This document shows, in pieces, positions 49,393-60,498 of a DNA stretch of 64,000 nucleotides. The notes below the pieces were generated by a model. That model searched no databases. It was not told the origin of the DNA and was given only the letters and a program-made list of their open reading frames with translations. The number at the start of each line of letters is the position of its first letter. The stretch's first letter is position 1. The position numbers and the translations under genes were made by a program. Source of the DNA: Alphaproteobacteria bacterium (GTDB taxonomy: Bacteria; Pseudomonadota; Alphaproteobacteria; UBA828); contig CBDCCI010000002.1 in assembly GCA_965214705.1 (NCBI GenBank), positions 448,001-512,000 on the forward strand, given 5' to 3'.

Positions 49393-51387
49393 GCGCAGGG
49401 CTGGTGTAGCGCAGCGCGAAGCTGGGCGGCCCTGTACGATTGCCTCCCCGGCGAACTCGAAGAAACGATGGACGGACGCGATCTCGCCGCTCACGCCGAG
49501 GAGGCGGGATCGACGGACGCGTTGCAAGCCCAGATCGAAGAGGCTGACGCGACGAGTTGGCTGGACGAGCTGCACGGCTTCCTGTCGGCTCATGGCTTCG
49601 GCGACGCGCTGCGAGGTCTGAAGATCGTCCCGGACCAGAACGGCAGGTTCGGCTCGCTCCCACAACTGCATCGCGACCGAGACATCCCCGGTGAGTTGAA
49701 GGAGATCGCGCAACTCGTCGGTTGGGATCTTCGTGCACAGTTGCGTGATACGCATTTCTGTACGCTTGCCGACGAACCCGGAGCGGGAGACATCGACAGC
49801 GACTTGGTCATCCCCAAGCTGATCGAGCGCCTACGCGAACGTATGGAGAGGCCGCTCGACGACGATTCGAGGAGCGCCAATGTCCGGCTCTTCGGCTGGC
49901 TCGCGACGCACGATCAGTGGCGCCATCTCGAAGGATTCCCGGCGTTCTCGGACGAGGACGATTCAAGCTCCCCTATCAAGCTACGACAGCACGAGGACGA
50001 CGCCTCCGAGCGGCCCCTCGCGCCTGTGTGGACATGGCCGGAACCACTCCGGCAATATGCGGACCTGTTCCCCCAACGCCGCATACTGGCTGACGACTTC
50101 GCTGTTCGACTTGACGATCCCTCTGTGTGGTCCGCTCTCGACGGGCGCGGCTTCCTCCGCACGAGTGTCCTGTATACCCGAGCGGTACAGTTCGACGAGT
50201 TTCTTCTGGACGAACCCCTGTCCGAAGCCGACGAGGGAGAGGTCGAGCACAAGGTAGACGGCACAGTCGAGGTCACGAACGTCGCCTTCCTGTCAACGAG
50301 GGATATCGGGATCCTGTCCAGGGTCCGTCAGAGCCGGAACCAGGGACAACTCTTCTGGGATTTTCTCACTCGATGGCTTGCAGTCGAGGATACCCAAGGA
50401 CTAGAGGCCCGAGAGTCGATGTGTGTATGTGGAGAGGCTCACCGCTACTACCCGGCCGCGTGGCTTGTTCCCGTCGCACACAACAAATGGGTTCCGCTGG
50501 AACGCAAGCGCACCGACCGGGCAACCGCACACTCCCTCGCGAACCTCATCCGCGACAGCCAATGGCCATCGGATCTCCTGCAGACGAGTCCGCAGGTCGT
50601 CGCTCTCCTGAAGGCGCTCCGGGTCGGCGTTCCCGAGCTCATCATGGAGCTCGTCACGACGGATGACGACGAACGGGCTGCTCTGGGCGAGACGCTCGCA
50701 CAGCTTCTGACGTCGGTCGGCAACGACTGGGACCGTTTGCAGGTGCTCGCCGAGGACATACAGGAGGACGGGGGACTGTTCGACCACCTTGAAGAACGCC
50801 GGCAGCGCCGTCGCATGGTGCGCGAGAATCAGAGGTTAGGTGCCCTCGTCGAGGATCTGGTCAGGGAGAGCCTGGAGGGCGAAGGCTTCGAGGTCCGTCG
50901 TACTGGCGTCGGCTCGGACTTCGCCATACAGCCCCGCCCGAATGCGGAAGACGAACAAATCCAGCTCGAATTGATCCGACGCGGCCGGACTTGGCTCGTC
51001 GAGATCAAGTCCGCCCGCGACCACAGCGTGAGGATGACGTCTGTCCAGGCACGAACCTCCGTCAAACACGAGCCAGACTACCTGCTTTGCGTGGTGCCGA
51101 TCAGCTCTGGCCCAGAGGATCCGGACATCGAAGCCGTTCGCAGAAGTATGCGTTTCGTCGATGGAATTGGTGCGCGCCTTGCAGACATCTGCACCGCTCT
51201 GGACCGTTTCGAGAGCTTGCGCGACAGCGTCACCGTCGAAGACCCGGCGGGCCTCCGCCTGGAACTCGATTCGGGCTCGCCGCGTATCCGCATCGAGAAC
51301 ACGGTGTGGGAGGCCGGATTCGGACTTGAGAACCTGCTCTCCCGGCTGACCGCACCGGACGACGGTGGCGGCAGTGCCGCCCCGTAA
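49393..51387 (+). pseudogene. 5'-truncated large protein with C-terminal PD-(D/E)xK (DUF3883-like) nuclease domain
   Basis: GALVE...GVGSDF...VEIKS...MTSVQ; the frame is open back into the last repeat. Confidence 0.65.
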
Positions 51388-51403
51388 GCAAGCCACCCCT
51401 TGC

Positions 51404-51613
51404 ATGAGGGGGACCCGCGTTCCCGCTCATGACCTTGCCGAGATGCTGGCCAGCGGCGATAAGATTGAGGCGATCCACGACGCTTGGCCGATCCTCTCTG
51501 TGGAGCAAATCGAGGCAGCAGCCCTCTACGCGCGCGCTTATCCCAGGCGGGGCAGACCGCGAAGTGCAGCGGCCGCGGCTGCTCTTCCAGAGGCGCCACC
51601 GCAAACGGCATGA
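51404..51613 (+). pseudogene. DUF433-domain fragment
   Basis: RGTRVP...WPILSVEQIEAA...Y. Confidence 0.65.
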
Positions 51614-51627
51614 CGGGGTCCTGGAAG

Positions 51628-51966
51628 ATGAACGCATCCGAATGCTCCATCGAACGCGGCAGCGGCAACGTATTCGCCGATCTCGATCTTCCCGACGCCG
51701 ATACCCACCTTGTGAAGGCGGGGCTCGTGAGCTGTATTGATGACATCATCCGACAACGCGGCATCACCCACGCGGAGGCTGCACGCGTGCTCGGCTTGTC
51801 GCGGTCCGACCTGTCCGGTTTGCTTCGGGGCGACGTTCGCGAGTATTCGCTGGAGCGCCTGTTGCGCTTCCTGACTGCCCTCGGCCGCGATATCGACATC
51901 GTCATCCGACCGTCGGGTTCGGACTCCGAAGGAACGCTGCGCATCGCCGCGAACGAACAGGGTTGA
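51628..51966 (+). CDS. XRE-family HTH protein (HigA2-like antitoxin)
   Basis: GSGNVFADLDLPDA, YSLERLLRFLTALG. Confidence 0.85.
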   Translation: MNASECSIERGSGNVFADLDLPDADTHLVKAGLVSCIDDIIRQRGITHAEAARVLGLSRSDLSGLLRGDVREYSLERLLRFLTALGRDIDIVIRPSGSDSEGTLRIAANEQG

Positions 51967-52239
51967 TGCCGCTGTCGTGTCGCCGAAAGCCACATGACGA
52001 AGAAGGGCGAGAACGAGATGCGCGGTGCGTTCGTGAACGGCGCGCTCGTGGTTGACGAGGGCTCGCCCGGCACCGCCGTCTAGGCCCGCGACCCGCTCCG
52101 GATCGCCGATCCGCTTCGCATTCCATGCGTGGTGCCGGTCGGCGACGAGAAGCAGCTCGATTGCGGCCGTGACCCCGGCATCGTGTGACTCTAGCGGTGA
52201 GGCAGGCGAGCTTTCCCGCAGAACCGGGAAGCAGGCTTG

Positions 52240-52640
52240 ACATCCTCGGCGCCACCTGGCAGCGCTGCCGCGTGCACTTCATGCGCAACCTGCTGGCCCA
52301 TGCCGGCAAGCAGGGCCGGCGCGTCGTCTCAGCCTTCGTCGCCTCCGCCTTCGCCCAGGACGACGCCGAGGCCGCTGCCGGCCAGTGGCGCCTGGTTGCC
52401 GACCAACTCAAGCCCAAGGCACCCAAGCTGGCGGCCCTCATGGACGAGGCCCAGCACGACGTCCTCGCCTACATGAGCTTCCCCAAGGAGCACCGCGCCA
52501 AGCTCCACTCGACCAACCCGCTCGAACGCGTCAACGGCGAGATCAAGCGACGCACCAACGTCGTCGGCATCTTCCCCAACGAGGACGCCATCACCCGCCT
52601 CGTCGGCGCCGTTCTGCTCGAGCAGAACGACTGTTGGTGA
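52240..52640 (+). pseudogene. IS256-family transposase fragment
   Basis: WQRCRVHFMRN, STNPLERVNGEIKRRT. Confidence 0.88.
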
Positions 52641-52665
52641 CGGCGCAAAAGCGCGCGTATTCGCT

Positions 52666-52750
52666 CTTATGGGGCTGTCTGGGTCAAGTCAGAAGGCTAG
52701 GGCTGGCTATCACATGCCTCGCCTCCTCCGAGTTGGCAGGATCGCTAGCC
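52666..52750 (-). repeat. Isolated IS1111 right end, near-identical to 7665-7749
   Basis: Reverse-complement match to the end of the first IS1111. Confidence 0.85.
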
Positions 52751-53283
52751 CGACTTCCGCAACTCGGCTGACTGCGTGGTAGCCGCCGGTTCTGCGTCGC
52801 CCATGCGACTTGCCATCGCTCAGCAGGTTGCGAGAATCTGCGCTGCCGGTTTGCACGGGGTCCGACTGCGGCCGCCGACGGACATGCGCCCCGAGCTCGA
52901 CGGAATGCGTGGGAGCCGGCCGAGACAGGGATTGCCGGGTTCCCACGCTCTCCTCGCGGAGACCCGTCCGGGCGACCCGAGGCTACATCCCGGTGTGGCG
53001 CTCCGGCAAGGCGCCGGCCACCCAGGCGGAAGACTCCTCTGGCCTTTGCTGCAGCTGCGTGCGCCTGCCGAACTCTCTCCACAGGGCATCGCTCCTTCGC
53101 GGCGCCTGGCCGTTCATCTCGTGCACCCGCTTCTGATGCAATTGCCTGGAACCGTCTTGGTCTGTGGGTGTTATTCTGTCGGCGGATGGCCGTTTCGCGG
53201 TCCGCGTCACGCGGACCGGGGAGGCGCGTGGCGGCCGGCATTGCTGACGTGCCCTTCGCATGTCGGCATGAGAGGAGCGCGCC

Positions 53284-54426
53284 ATGAGTTCCACCGACAA
53301 CAATGGAAACCAGTCCCCGCCGCCGGACGATGAGGATCGCAGTCTTCTGTTCGGCCCCACGAAGGCCGCAGCGGAGCGGGCTGGTGACAGGCAGAAGCCG
53401 CGCCGACCACATGCGGGTGCCGCGTCGCCACCACCCCCTAATTCCCCGCCCGCGGCGGAGGCGGCCACGGACCCTGCGGGCCGGGCCAGGCCGGGCCCGT
53501 CATCGGACGTTGCGCCGACCGAGGTCGCGTCGTCCGACGCGGTTCTGCGTCGGATGCTCGCCCTGTTGGAGGATATGGACAAGAAGGTCGCGGTCTTGTC
53601 GGCTGGCGAGACCGATCTTGCAGCGGCAGCCCGGACCATCGCCGGGCAAACGGAGCAGGTCGGCGCGGCGACCGAGTGGGTCAACGACATCAAGGCGGCG
53701 ATTTCGGAGATCCTGGCGTCGACCGGCAAGCAGATCGAAGGGCTGAAGAGCGGGAACAGGGATCTCGACGCGGCGCTGGCGCAGCTGAATGTGCTGAAGG
53801 AGGGGCTGGACAAGGTCGTGGCGTCGCTCGACGCCACGGCGAAGGGCCTCGGCAAGAGATCGTCGGAGTTGGGGGCGGTCAAGCAGGAACTCGCCGGGTA
53901 CTACCGGGAGTGGATCGCCGAGGCCAGGACCAGCCTGGGCGAGATGAGGGCGCTGTCGAAGCGTCTCGACGCGGGCGATCACATGGTGACCCGTCTGGAG
54001 ACGTCGATCGGCCCCTGGACCGAGCGCATGGAGGAGAGCATCGGGGCGAACAGCGCGGCGCAGCGCGATGCTGCGGCGAAGACCGCCGACAACGTGGACA
54101 AGCTCGCCATGACGGGCTTCAGGTTCCTGCAGGAATTCGGCACGGCCAGGGGGGACGCGCTGAAGGAGGCCCGGCAGGAGTGGACGCGCATTCGGCGCTG
54201 GACGCTTCCGGCTCTGGCAATCGCGCTGGTGATCGCCGCGCCGCTGTTCGTGTTTGCGGGCGCGCTTGGGCAGAGCGAGTTCGGCGTATTCGCCCCCTAC
54301 GACGACACCGGGGGCTGGAAGCAGGGGGTGTGGGAGCGTCACGGCCAAAAGGTCAAGGACTGCATGCTCAAGTCCTGGCGGGCGGGCGAAGTCGTCACAT
54401 GCAGCTTCGACATCCGGCACCCGTGA
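53284..54426 (+). CDS. Coiled-coil protein with C-terminal TM helix, upstream of the relaxase
   Basis: AGGAG RBS, helical Ala/Leu-rich body, hydrophobic LAIALVIAAPLFVFAG. Confidence 0.7.
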   Translation: MSSTDNNGNQSPPPDDEDRSLLFGPTKAAAERAGDRQKPRRPHAGAASPPPPNSPPAAEAATDPAGRARPGPSSDVAPTEVASSDAVLRRMLALLEDMDKKVAVLSAGETDLAAAARTIAGQTEQVGAATEWVNDIKAAISEILASTGKQIEGLKSGNRDLDAALAQLNVLKEGLDKVVASLDATAKGLGKRSSELGAVKQELAGYYREWIAEARTSLGEMRALSKRLDAGDHMVTRLETSIGPWTERMEESIGANSAAQRDAAAKTADNVDKLAMTGFRFLQEFGTARGDALKEARQEWTRIRRWTLPALAIALVIAAPLFVFAGALGQSEFGVFAPYDDTGGWKQGVWERHGQKVKDCMLKSWRAGEVVTCSFDIRHP

Positions 54427-54472
54427 TCGGCGCGGCGAACGCGGCAGCTCTTGCCGCCAAGGGCCGAGAGGC

Positions 54473-57400
54473 ATGGTCGCGAGCCTGAGCGATCTCGGCT
54501 CGAGCGCGATGACGGTCGCGTATTTCGAGCGCGAGGGCTACTACGCGAAGAACGATCTCCGGCACCGGCGTGCGAGCTTCTGGCACGGCGGGGGGGCGGC
54601 GGCGCTGGGCATGCCCAGGAATATCTCGCCCAGGACCTTCGAGCGCGTTCTTGCCGGCTACGTGCCGGGAACGGAGATCCGGCTCGGCCGGGCGCGCGGC
54701 GGGGAGCACGAGCACCGGCCTGGGCTCGACCTCACGCTGTCCGCGCCGAAGTCGGTGTCTCTGGAGGCGCTGCTCTACGGCAACCGGCAAGTGCTGAGCG
54801 CCCACGACGCGGCGGTCAGGTCGACGCTGGCCTGGGTCGAGGCCGAGCTTCTGCAGACGCGCGGCTATGACCCGGCGACAGGGCGGCGCCCGCGGGAGGC
54901 GGCGGACGGCCTGGTGGCGGCGGGGTTCCGGCACCTGACGAGCCGGGACCAGGACCCGCAGCTGCACACGCACTGCGTCATCGCCAACATGACGCGCAAC
55001 CGGGCCGGGGAGTGGCGGAGCGTGGAGCCCACGGAGATCCGCCGCAACGTGAAGCTGATCGGCGCCTGTTACCGCCACGAGCTGGCGCGGCGGCTGATCG
55101 ATCTGGGCTACCGCACGGAGACGACGATGATCGGCGGGGTCCCGGGCTTCGAGATCGCGGGCTACCCGCGCGCGCTGCTGGACACGTTCTCGTCGCGGCG
55201 CCGCGAGATCCTTGCCTGGCTGGACGAGCACGGTCTGCCCTACAGCGCGGCGCTGACGCAGCAGGCGGCGCTGATCACGCGCAAGCACAAGGTCGACAAG
55301 GATATCGACGCGCTGAAGACGGAGTGGAAGGGGCGGGCCGAGGGGATATCTCATGACCGCAGCCTCTCCCGGCAGGATCGCGCGCAGGACAGGCGCCAGT
55401 CGCGAGAGACCCACAAGGGCCGGCCCTATGTAAGGACGGAACAGGAGCTGCGGCCCGACCACCAGGGTCTCAGCCCCCGCGAGATCGTCTGGCGGGCGGT
55501 GGAGCATCTTGCTGAGCGCGCGTCGGTGCTGCGGGAGAGCGATATCCGGGCGATCGCGCTGAGCCATGCGCCTGGCCGGCACGAGCTCGGCGAGATCGAC
55601 GCGGCGGTGACGGGGCTGCTGGCTGACGGCCACCTGGTGGAGGCCAGGGTGCGGAGCGGCCGCTCCTTCGTGACGGGCGAGGCGCTGCGGTCCGAGCGCG
55701 AGATCGTGGTCCGCATGCGCGATGGCGTAGGTGCTGGGGACGCGCTGGCGGAGGAAGCGCGCGTATCGCATCGAATGGAACAGACCACCCTCACCGAGGG
55801 TCAGAGGGAGGCGGTGCGCACGATCCTGCTGTCGCGCGACCGGATCGTCGCGGTGCAGGGCGCGGCGGGGACGGGCAAGACGACGATGCTGCGCGAGGCG
55901 CTGGACCTTATCGGCGAGCGCAAGGCGATCCTGCTCGCGCCGTCGTCCGCCGCGGCGCGGGTGCTGGCGGACGAGACCGGCGCCAGGGCGCGCACGCTGC
56001 AATGGTTCCTGACGCGCTACGGCGACATCGGCAATGCGCAGAAGATGGCCAGTGCAAGGCGCGAGCACGAGGGCTCGGTGCTGGTGCTGGACGAGTCGTC
56101 GATGACGTCGACGGCGCAGATGCAGCTCCTGATGCGGATCTCGGAGCGGCTGCGCGTCGCCCGGCTGGTGCTGGTGGGCGACCGCGGCCAGCTGCGCGCG
56201 GCCGGTGCGGGCGAGCCCTTCCGCGCCCTGCAGGATGCGGGCATCGCGATGGCGGAGATGGACGAGATCCTGCGCCAGCGCGATCCGGGCCTCAAACGCG
56301 CCGTGGAGGCCCTGCAGCAGGGCCGGGCGGCGGAGGCGGCGCGGGAACTCGAAGTGCGCGAGGTGGCGCACGAGGAGCTGGGGGCGGAGGCGGCCCGGCT
56401 CTGGCTCGCGCTCGACGGGGAGCAGCGCGAAGGAACGGCGATCCTCGCGCCCACCCACTTCCTCCGCGCCGAGATCCACCGCGTGGTGCGCGAGGGGCTC
56501 GCCCGGGAGGGAGTCCTGCACGGCCGCGAGATCGAGATCGAGCGCTACGTGAACCGTCACCTGACGGCGGCCCAGAGGGCGGACGTGCGCAACCACGAGC
56601 CGGGCGACGTGGTGATCTTCCACTCGCGGGTGCCGCCGCTCAGGGTGGACGAGGGGGACGCCTGCCGGATCGCCCGCGCCGAAGGCGGGCTGGTCTTCCT
56701 CGAGCACCCCTCGGGGCGCACGGTCCACATCCGGCCGGACGACCACTGGGTGCGCTACCGTTTCGGGATCTACGAGACGGCGCGCATCCGCATCCGTGCG
56801 GGCGACCGGGTCCGCTGGACCAGGAACGACAGGCGGCACGGCCTCTTGAACGGCGGGGAGGCGGTGGTGGTGGGGATCGACTCCCGCCGGGTGAAGTTCG
56901 ACCTCGGCGGCGGAACGCGGCTGTCGCTTTCCCGCGACGACCCGCAGCTTCGCCATATCGACCACGCCTGGAGCACGACGGTGCACGGGGCGCAGGGCAT
57001 GACGCGGGATGCGGCGATCGGGGTGCTGGATACCGGGCACGGCCGTCTGACCGGCCAGGCGGGGCTCTACGTGGAGGCGAGCCGGGCGCGGGACCGCTTC
57101 GTGCTGGTGACCGACAACCGGGAGAGCCTGGAGGAGGCGCTGGAGGAGAACGCGGGTATCCGCATGACGGCGCTGGAGGCAGTGGGGGACGACGATGCGC
57201 CCCCCGGCCCGGCTGATGCAACCATCGGGATGCTGCGCGAGCTGAGGGACGACTGGCGTGCCCTCGTGGCGCGGGCCGGGGCCGAGCGTACCGCGCTCGA
57301 CCGGATTGACGGCTACGCCCGGATCGTGACCGGCGTACATGCCCTTGCGGCCGGCCCGGATCTGCCGCCGGAGATGCAGGGCTTCGTCGACGAGGTGCGT

Positions 57401-59632
57401 GAGCGGGACGCCGGGATCGTGGAACGGCGGCGCGACGCGCTGGCCTTCGTGCACGAGGCGGAGATGCACTGCCGCCGGCAGCCTCTCCTCAAGTGGGCGG
57501 CGGAGGAGCGCGGCGTGGCGGTATCCGCGCTGCCGGAGCATGCGGCGTGGCGGGCCGAGGGCGCGGCGCTGGAGGAGACCGGTAGGCGGATGCAGGAGAC
57601 CCCGGGCTTCTTCGGGCGGATCGCGGCCGCTCTGGGGCGGATCGCGCAGGGCTTCCGGCTCGACGAGGGAGAACGGTTTTGCGAAGCGGCCGCCCGCCAT
57701 GAGGCGGAGGCGCAGAGACTGGGGATCGACCCCGGCGGGATGGCGGGGGCGGCGGGGCTCGTGCAACGGGCGGAGGCGCTGGGGCGCCACGAGCTCCCCG
57801 AAGCCGTGCGCCGGACGGTCGCGGCGTGGGTCCCGATCGCCGAGCCGTCTTCTCGGGAAACGGTGCAACGACTCACTCCGGACGACCTTGAGGCCGGGCG
57901 CCGCATCGAGGCGTTCCTGCGCGACTGCCGGCAGTGCCTGGAGGCAGCCGTGCCTGCGGCGCAGGATCTGGACCCGCGGATCGACGCGGCTGAACAACTT
58001 CGCCGCGAGGGACTTCGGCTGCTCGGCGAGGGCGAGGGAGCGAAGCTCGACGATCCGGCGCGTGCACGCCTGTCCCGCGCAGCCGACGAACGCGAACAAG
58101 TGCGCGAGGCCGTACACGCGCTGGCGGCTGAGGTGCAGGCGCTCCGTTCGCGGGCGTTCATGGAACTCAGTGGGAACGTCACCCGGCAGGGCCTCGAGGC
58201 GCACTGCGATCCGGTCGACTTGCCGGCATGGGCGGACTTGCGGGATCGCGCCGAGGCGCTCCGGGGCCAGGCGGGCCTCGCGCCGGACGCGCGGGAGGCG
58301 GTCGATGCGGTGCTCGCCCGTGCCGCCCGCGTGGAGGCCGAGATCGCCCCCGTCAAGGCTCTCATCGAAGACGGCGCCCGGCACCTGGATCGGCGCGCGG
58401 CGCTGGACGAAGGGCGCGGCATCGTCGAGCCTCCATCCCCGGATGCGGTCCCGGTCTGGCGGGAACGCTCGCGGGAGCTTCGCGAGACCGCCCTTCATCT
58501 TCTGGGAGAGTCGCCGGCCGACACCCGGGAGATGCTGGCCGCAGCCAGGCTTGCCGACATGCCGCGGCTTCAGGGCGGCGTCCGGGAGGTGCTGAACCGG
58601 TTGGAGACCCTGGAGCTGCGCGACGAGGTCGCGGAGTTCCAAAAGCTTGCGGCTACGGTCGAGCGGCGAGCCAGGCGGCAGGAAACGCTGCCACTGCACG
58701 CCGAGGGCTACGGCCAGGTGACCGCGATGGCGCAATCCCTCTCCAGCAACGCGGTCTTGCCGGAAGCAGAACGCCATCAGGCGGCGGCGTGGCTCGACCG
58801 CGATCAGGGCTGGAACGAGGAGCTCGCCTCGGCGCGGAAGCTCACCGCGACGCAAGAGCAGGATGTCGACACGACGGGCCTTGCCGAGGCCCTCCGCGAG
58901 GCCGCGCACCTGCCCGCCGTGAGGTCGGCCATCAGGCAGGAAACGGCCCTGCTCGCCCGCTCGCCGATGCCGGAGCAATGGACGGCGTGGACCGGCGACG
59001 AGCCCTTGGTCGCAGGCGACCGCATCGCCTGGCGCGCTGGCGGCACGGTGCACCGGGCGGCGGTGTCGTTCCCGGGGGAGACCGGCGGCATGCGCGCGAA
59101 CGACACGCTGTTGGTGAGAATCGTGCAGCCGGCGGACGGGCCCGCTCTTGACGACGCAGGCCGGATCGTAGAGATCCATGCTCAGGCCCTTCGGGACGTC
59201 AGATGCGTCCGCGCCGAATGGTCCGACGAGGGGCTCAGGCAGCTGGAAACCGCCCTGCAGTACTCCGTGCCCAGCGCCGCCTGCCCGCTCGCCTGTCCTG
59301 AGCCCGTCGCGGGCGACCGCATCGCCTGGACCGAGGCCGCCGGCCGGAGCGAAGAGGTGCGCACGGTCGAGGCCGTGGTCGCCACACGGACCGAAGTCTC
59401 CGACGAGCACGAGTTGGGGCTGCGGGTGATCCACGCCTCAGGTCCCGACGCGCCGGAGCCCGGCGCCTCGATCCGGCGCACCGCAGACGAGGTCACCGCG
59501 CGCGGCTGCTACCGCGCCGCGTGGTCCGACGAGACCCGGCGCGAGGCCGAACTCGACCCGCAGAAGGAGGTGCGGGAGCAGACCCTGAAACAGGGCCTCG
59601 AGCACTCCCGCGGCGGGGGGATCGGCATGTGA
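54473..59632 (+). CDS. MobF (TrwC/TraI) relaxase-helicase with long C-terminal extension
   Basis: YF..EGYY, DLTLSAPKSVS, H..SRDQDPQLHTH, QGAAGTGKT, TVHGAQG. Confidence 0.92.
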   Translation: MVASLSDLGSSAMTVAYFEREGYYAKNDLRHRRASFWHGGGAAALGMPRNISPRTFERVLAGYVPGTEIRLGRARGGEHEHRPGLDLTLSAPKSVSLEALLYGNRQVLSAHDAAVRSTLAWVEAELLQTRGYDPATGRRPREAADGLVAAGFRHLTSRDQDPQLHTHCVIANMTRNRAGEWRSVEPTEIRRNVKLIGACYRHELARRLIDLGYRTETTMIGGVPGFEIAGYPRALLDTFSSRRREILAWLDEHGLPYSAALTQQAALITRKHKVDKDIDALKTEWKGRAEGISHDRSLSRQDRAQDRRQSRETHKGRPYVRTEQELRPDHQGLSPREIVWRAVEHLAERASVLRESDIRAIALSHAPGRHELGEIDAAVTGLLADGHLVEARVRSGRSFVTGEALRSEREIVVRMRDGVGAGDALAEEARVSHRMEQTTLTEGQREAVRTILLSRDRIVAVQGAAGTGKTTMLREALDLIGERKAILLAPSSAAARVLADETGARARTLQWFLTRYGDIGNAQKMASARREHEGSVLVLDESSMTSTAQMQLLMRISERLRVARLVLVGDRGQLRAAGAGEPFRALQDAGIAMAEMDEILRQRDPGLKRAVEALQQGRAAEAARELEVREVAHEELGAEAARLWLALDGEQREGTAILAPTHFLRAEIHRVVREGLAREGVLHGREIEIERYVNRHLTAAQRADVRNHEPGDVVIFHSRVPPLRVDEGDACRIARAEGGLVFLEHPSGRTVHIRPDDHWVRYRFGIYETARIRIRAGDRVRWTRNDRRHGLLNGGEAVVVGIDSRRVKFDLGGGTRLSLSRDDPQLRHIDHAWSTTVHGAQGMTRDAAIGVLDTGHGRLTGQAGLYVEASRARDRFVLVTDNRESLEEALEENAGIRMTALEAVGDDDAPPGPADATIGMLRELRDDWRALVARAGAERTALDRIDGYARIVTGVHALAAGPDLPPEMQGFVDEVRERDAGIVERRRDALAFVHEAEMHCRRQPLLKWAAEERGVAVSALPEHAAWRAEGAALEETGRRMQETPGFFGRIAAALGRIAQGFRLDEGERFCEAAARHEAEAQRLGIDPGGMAGAAGLVQRAEALGRHELPEAVRRTVAAWVPIAEPSSRETVQRLTPDDLEAGRRIEAFLRDCRQCLEAAVPAAQDLDPRIDAAEQLRREGLRLLGEGEGAKLDDPARARLSRAADEREQVREAVHALAAEVQALRSRAFMELSGNVTRQGLEAHCDPVDLPAWADLRDRAEALRGQAGLAPDAREAVDAVLARAARVEAEIAPVKALIEDGARHLDRRAALDEGRGIVEPPSPDAVPVWRERSRELRETALHLLGESPADTREMLAAARLADMPRLQGGVREVLNRLETLELRDEVAEFQKLAATVERRARRQETLPLHAEGYGQVTAMAQSLSSNAVLPEAERHQAAAWLDRDQGWNEELASARKLTATQEQDVDTTGLAEALREAAHLPAVRSAIRQETALLARSPMPEQWTAWTGDEPLVAGDRIAWRAGGTVHRAAVSFPGETGGMRANDTLLVRIVQPADGPALDDAGRIVEIHAQALRDVRCVRAEWSDEGLRQLETALQYSVPSAACPLACPEPVAGDRIAWTEAAGRSEEVRTVEAVVATRTEVSDEHELGLRVIHASGPDAPEPGASIRRTADEVTARGCYRAAWSDETRREAELDPQKEVREQTLKQGLEHSRGGGIGM

Positions 59633-59731
59633 GCCAGCCAGGCCTGCACCGCTGCCTCCAGAGAGAGCATGTTCGGATATCCCGTTCAAGCTGCTTGCCG
59701 GGGACGCGTCCGAGGACGATCGCAGCGTCGC

Positions 59732-60178
59732 TCAACCGAGCGGCGGCGGCTTGCGCGCCATCCAGTCCCGGAACTGCCGCTCGACCACCGGCCCGGCGTC
59801 CGGGCCGAACACCGCCACGAGCAGCGGCCCGAGCTCGTGCTCCCGGCTCTGCAGTACGAGGTCGTCCAACGTCGTCATGAGCAGCAGCTCGACCGACTGC
59901 CGCAGCCGTTCGATCGACCCTCCGGAGGCCGCCGACAGCATGCTCTCGGCCAGGCGGTCCACACGGTCGAGCAGCCGGCGCTGTTCCGCCTCGCTCAGCG
60001 CCAGAGCCGGCGCGTTCGCCTGCGCGGGGTCTAGCTGCACGTTCAGCCCCGCCGAGATCACGTGGTCGTTGATGGACACGTCCCGGCTCTCCGCGACCTC
60101 GCGGATCCGTTCCCACTCCGATTCCAGGCACGAGATCGCAATCCGCGCTCGGGGCGTCGCGGGCCGCTCCGCTATCAC
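59732..60178 (-). CDS. RHH/MobC-like protein
   Basis: IAISCLESEWERIREVAESRDVSINDHV pattern. Confidence 0.6.
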   Translation of the reverse strand: MIAERPATPRARIAISCLESEWERIREVAESRDVSINDHVISAGLNVQLDPAQANAPALALSEAEQRRLLDRVDRLAESMLSAASGGSIERLRQSVELLLMTTLDDLVLQSREHELGPLLVAVFGPDAGPVVERQFRDWMARKPPPLG

Positions 60179-60495
60179 GGGCCGCTCCGGCGCGACTGGA
60201 TCGCGCGCTGTATGAAGGCGATCGCGCCGAACACGGAAAGGTCGGTGCCCGACAGCGACTCCCCCAGCGCGCGGCGCACCCGGTCCATCTCCTCCACCCG
60301 CTCGTACAGGGTCCGCTGCTGTTCTTCCGACAATACCAGCCGCTGCTCGTCCTGGCGCGGCCCGCCCGCGTCCTCGTGCAGCGCGCAGGCGACCAGGTAT
60401 CCCGAGACCGGCATGCCGAGCGCGGTCGCGCGTTCCCTGATCTCGGCCCTCTCGGCCCGGCTGCAGCGCAGCGTGCGGCGCACCACGTTCCCCAT
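60175..60495 (-). CDS. RHH/MobC-like protein
   Basis: RTLRCSRAERAEIRERATALGMPVSGYL pattern. Confidence 0.65.
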   Translation of the reverse strand: MGNVVRRTLRCSRAERAEIRERATALGMPVSGYLVACALHEDAGGPRQDEQRLVLSEEQQRTLYERVEEMDRVRRALGESLSGTDLSVFGAIAFIQRAIQSRRSGP

Positions 60496-60498
60496 CGC

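Noticed and set aside
54395-59434. 1679-aa minus-strand ORF and similar long antisense ORFs (e.g. 17872-19695, 9582-11459)
   Set aside because: Shadow frames of real high-GC genes with no motifs
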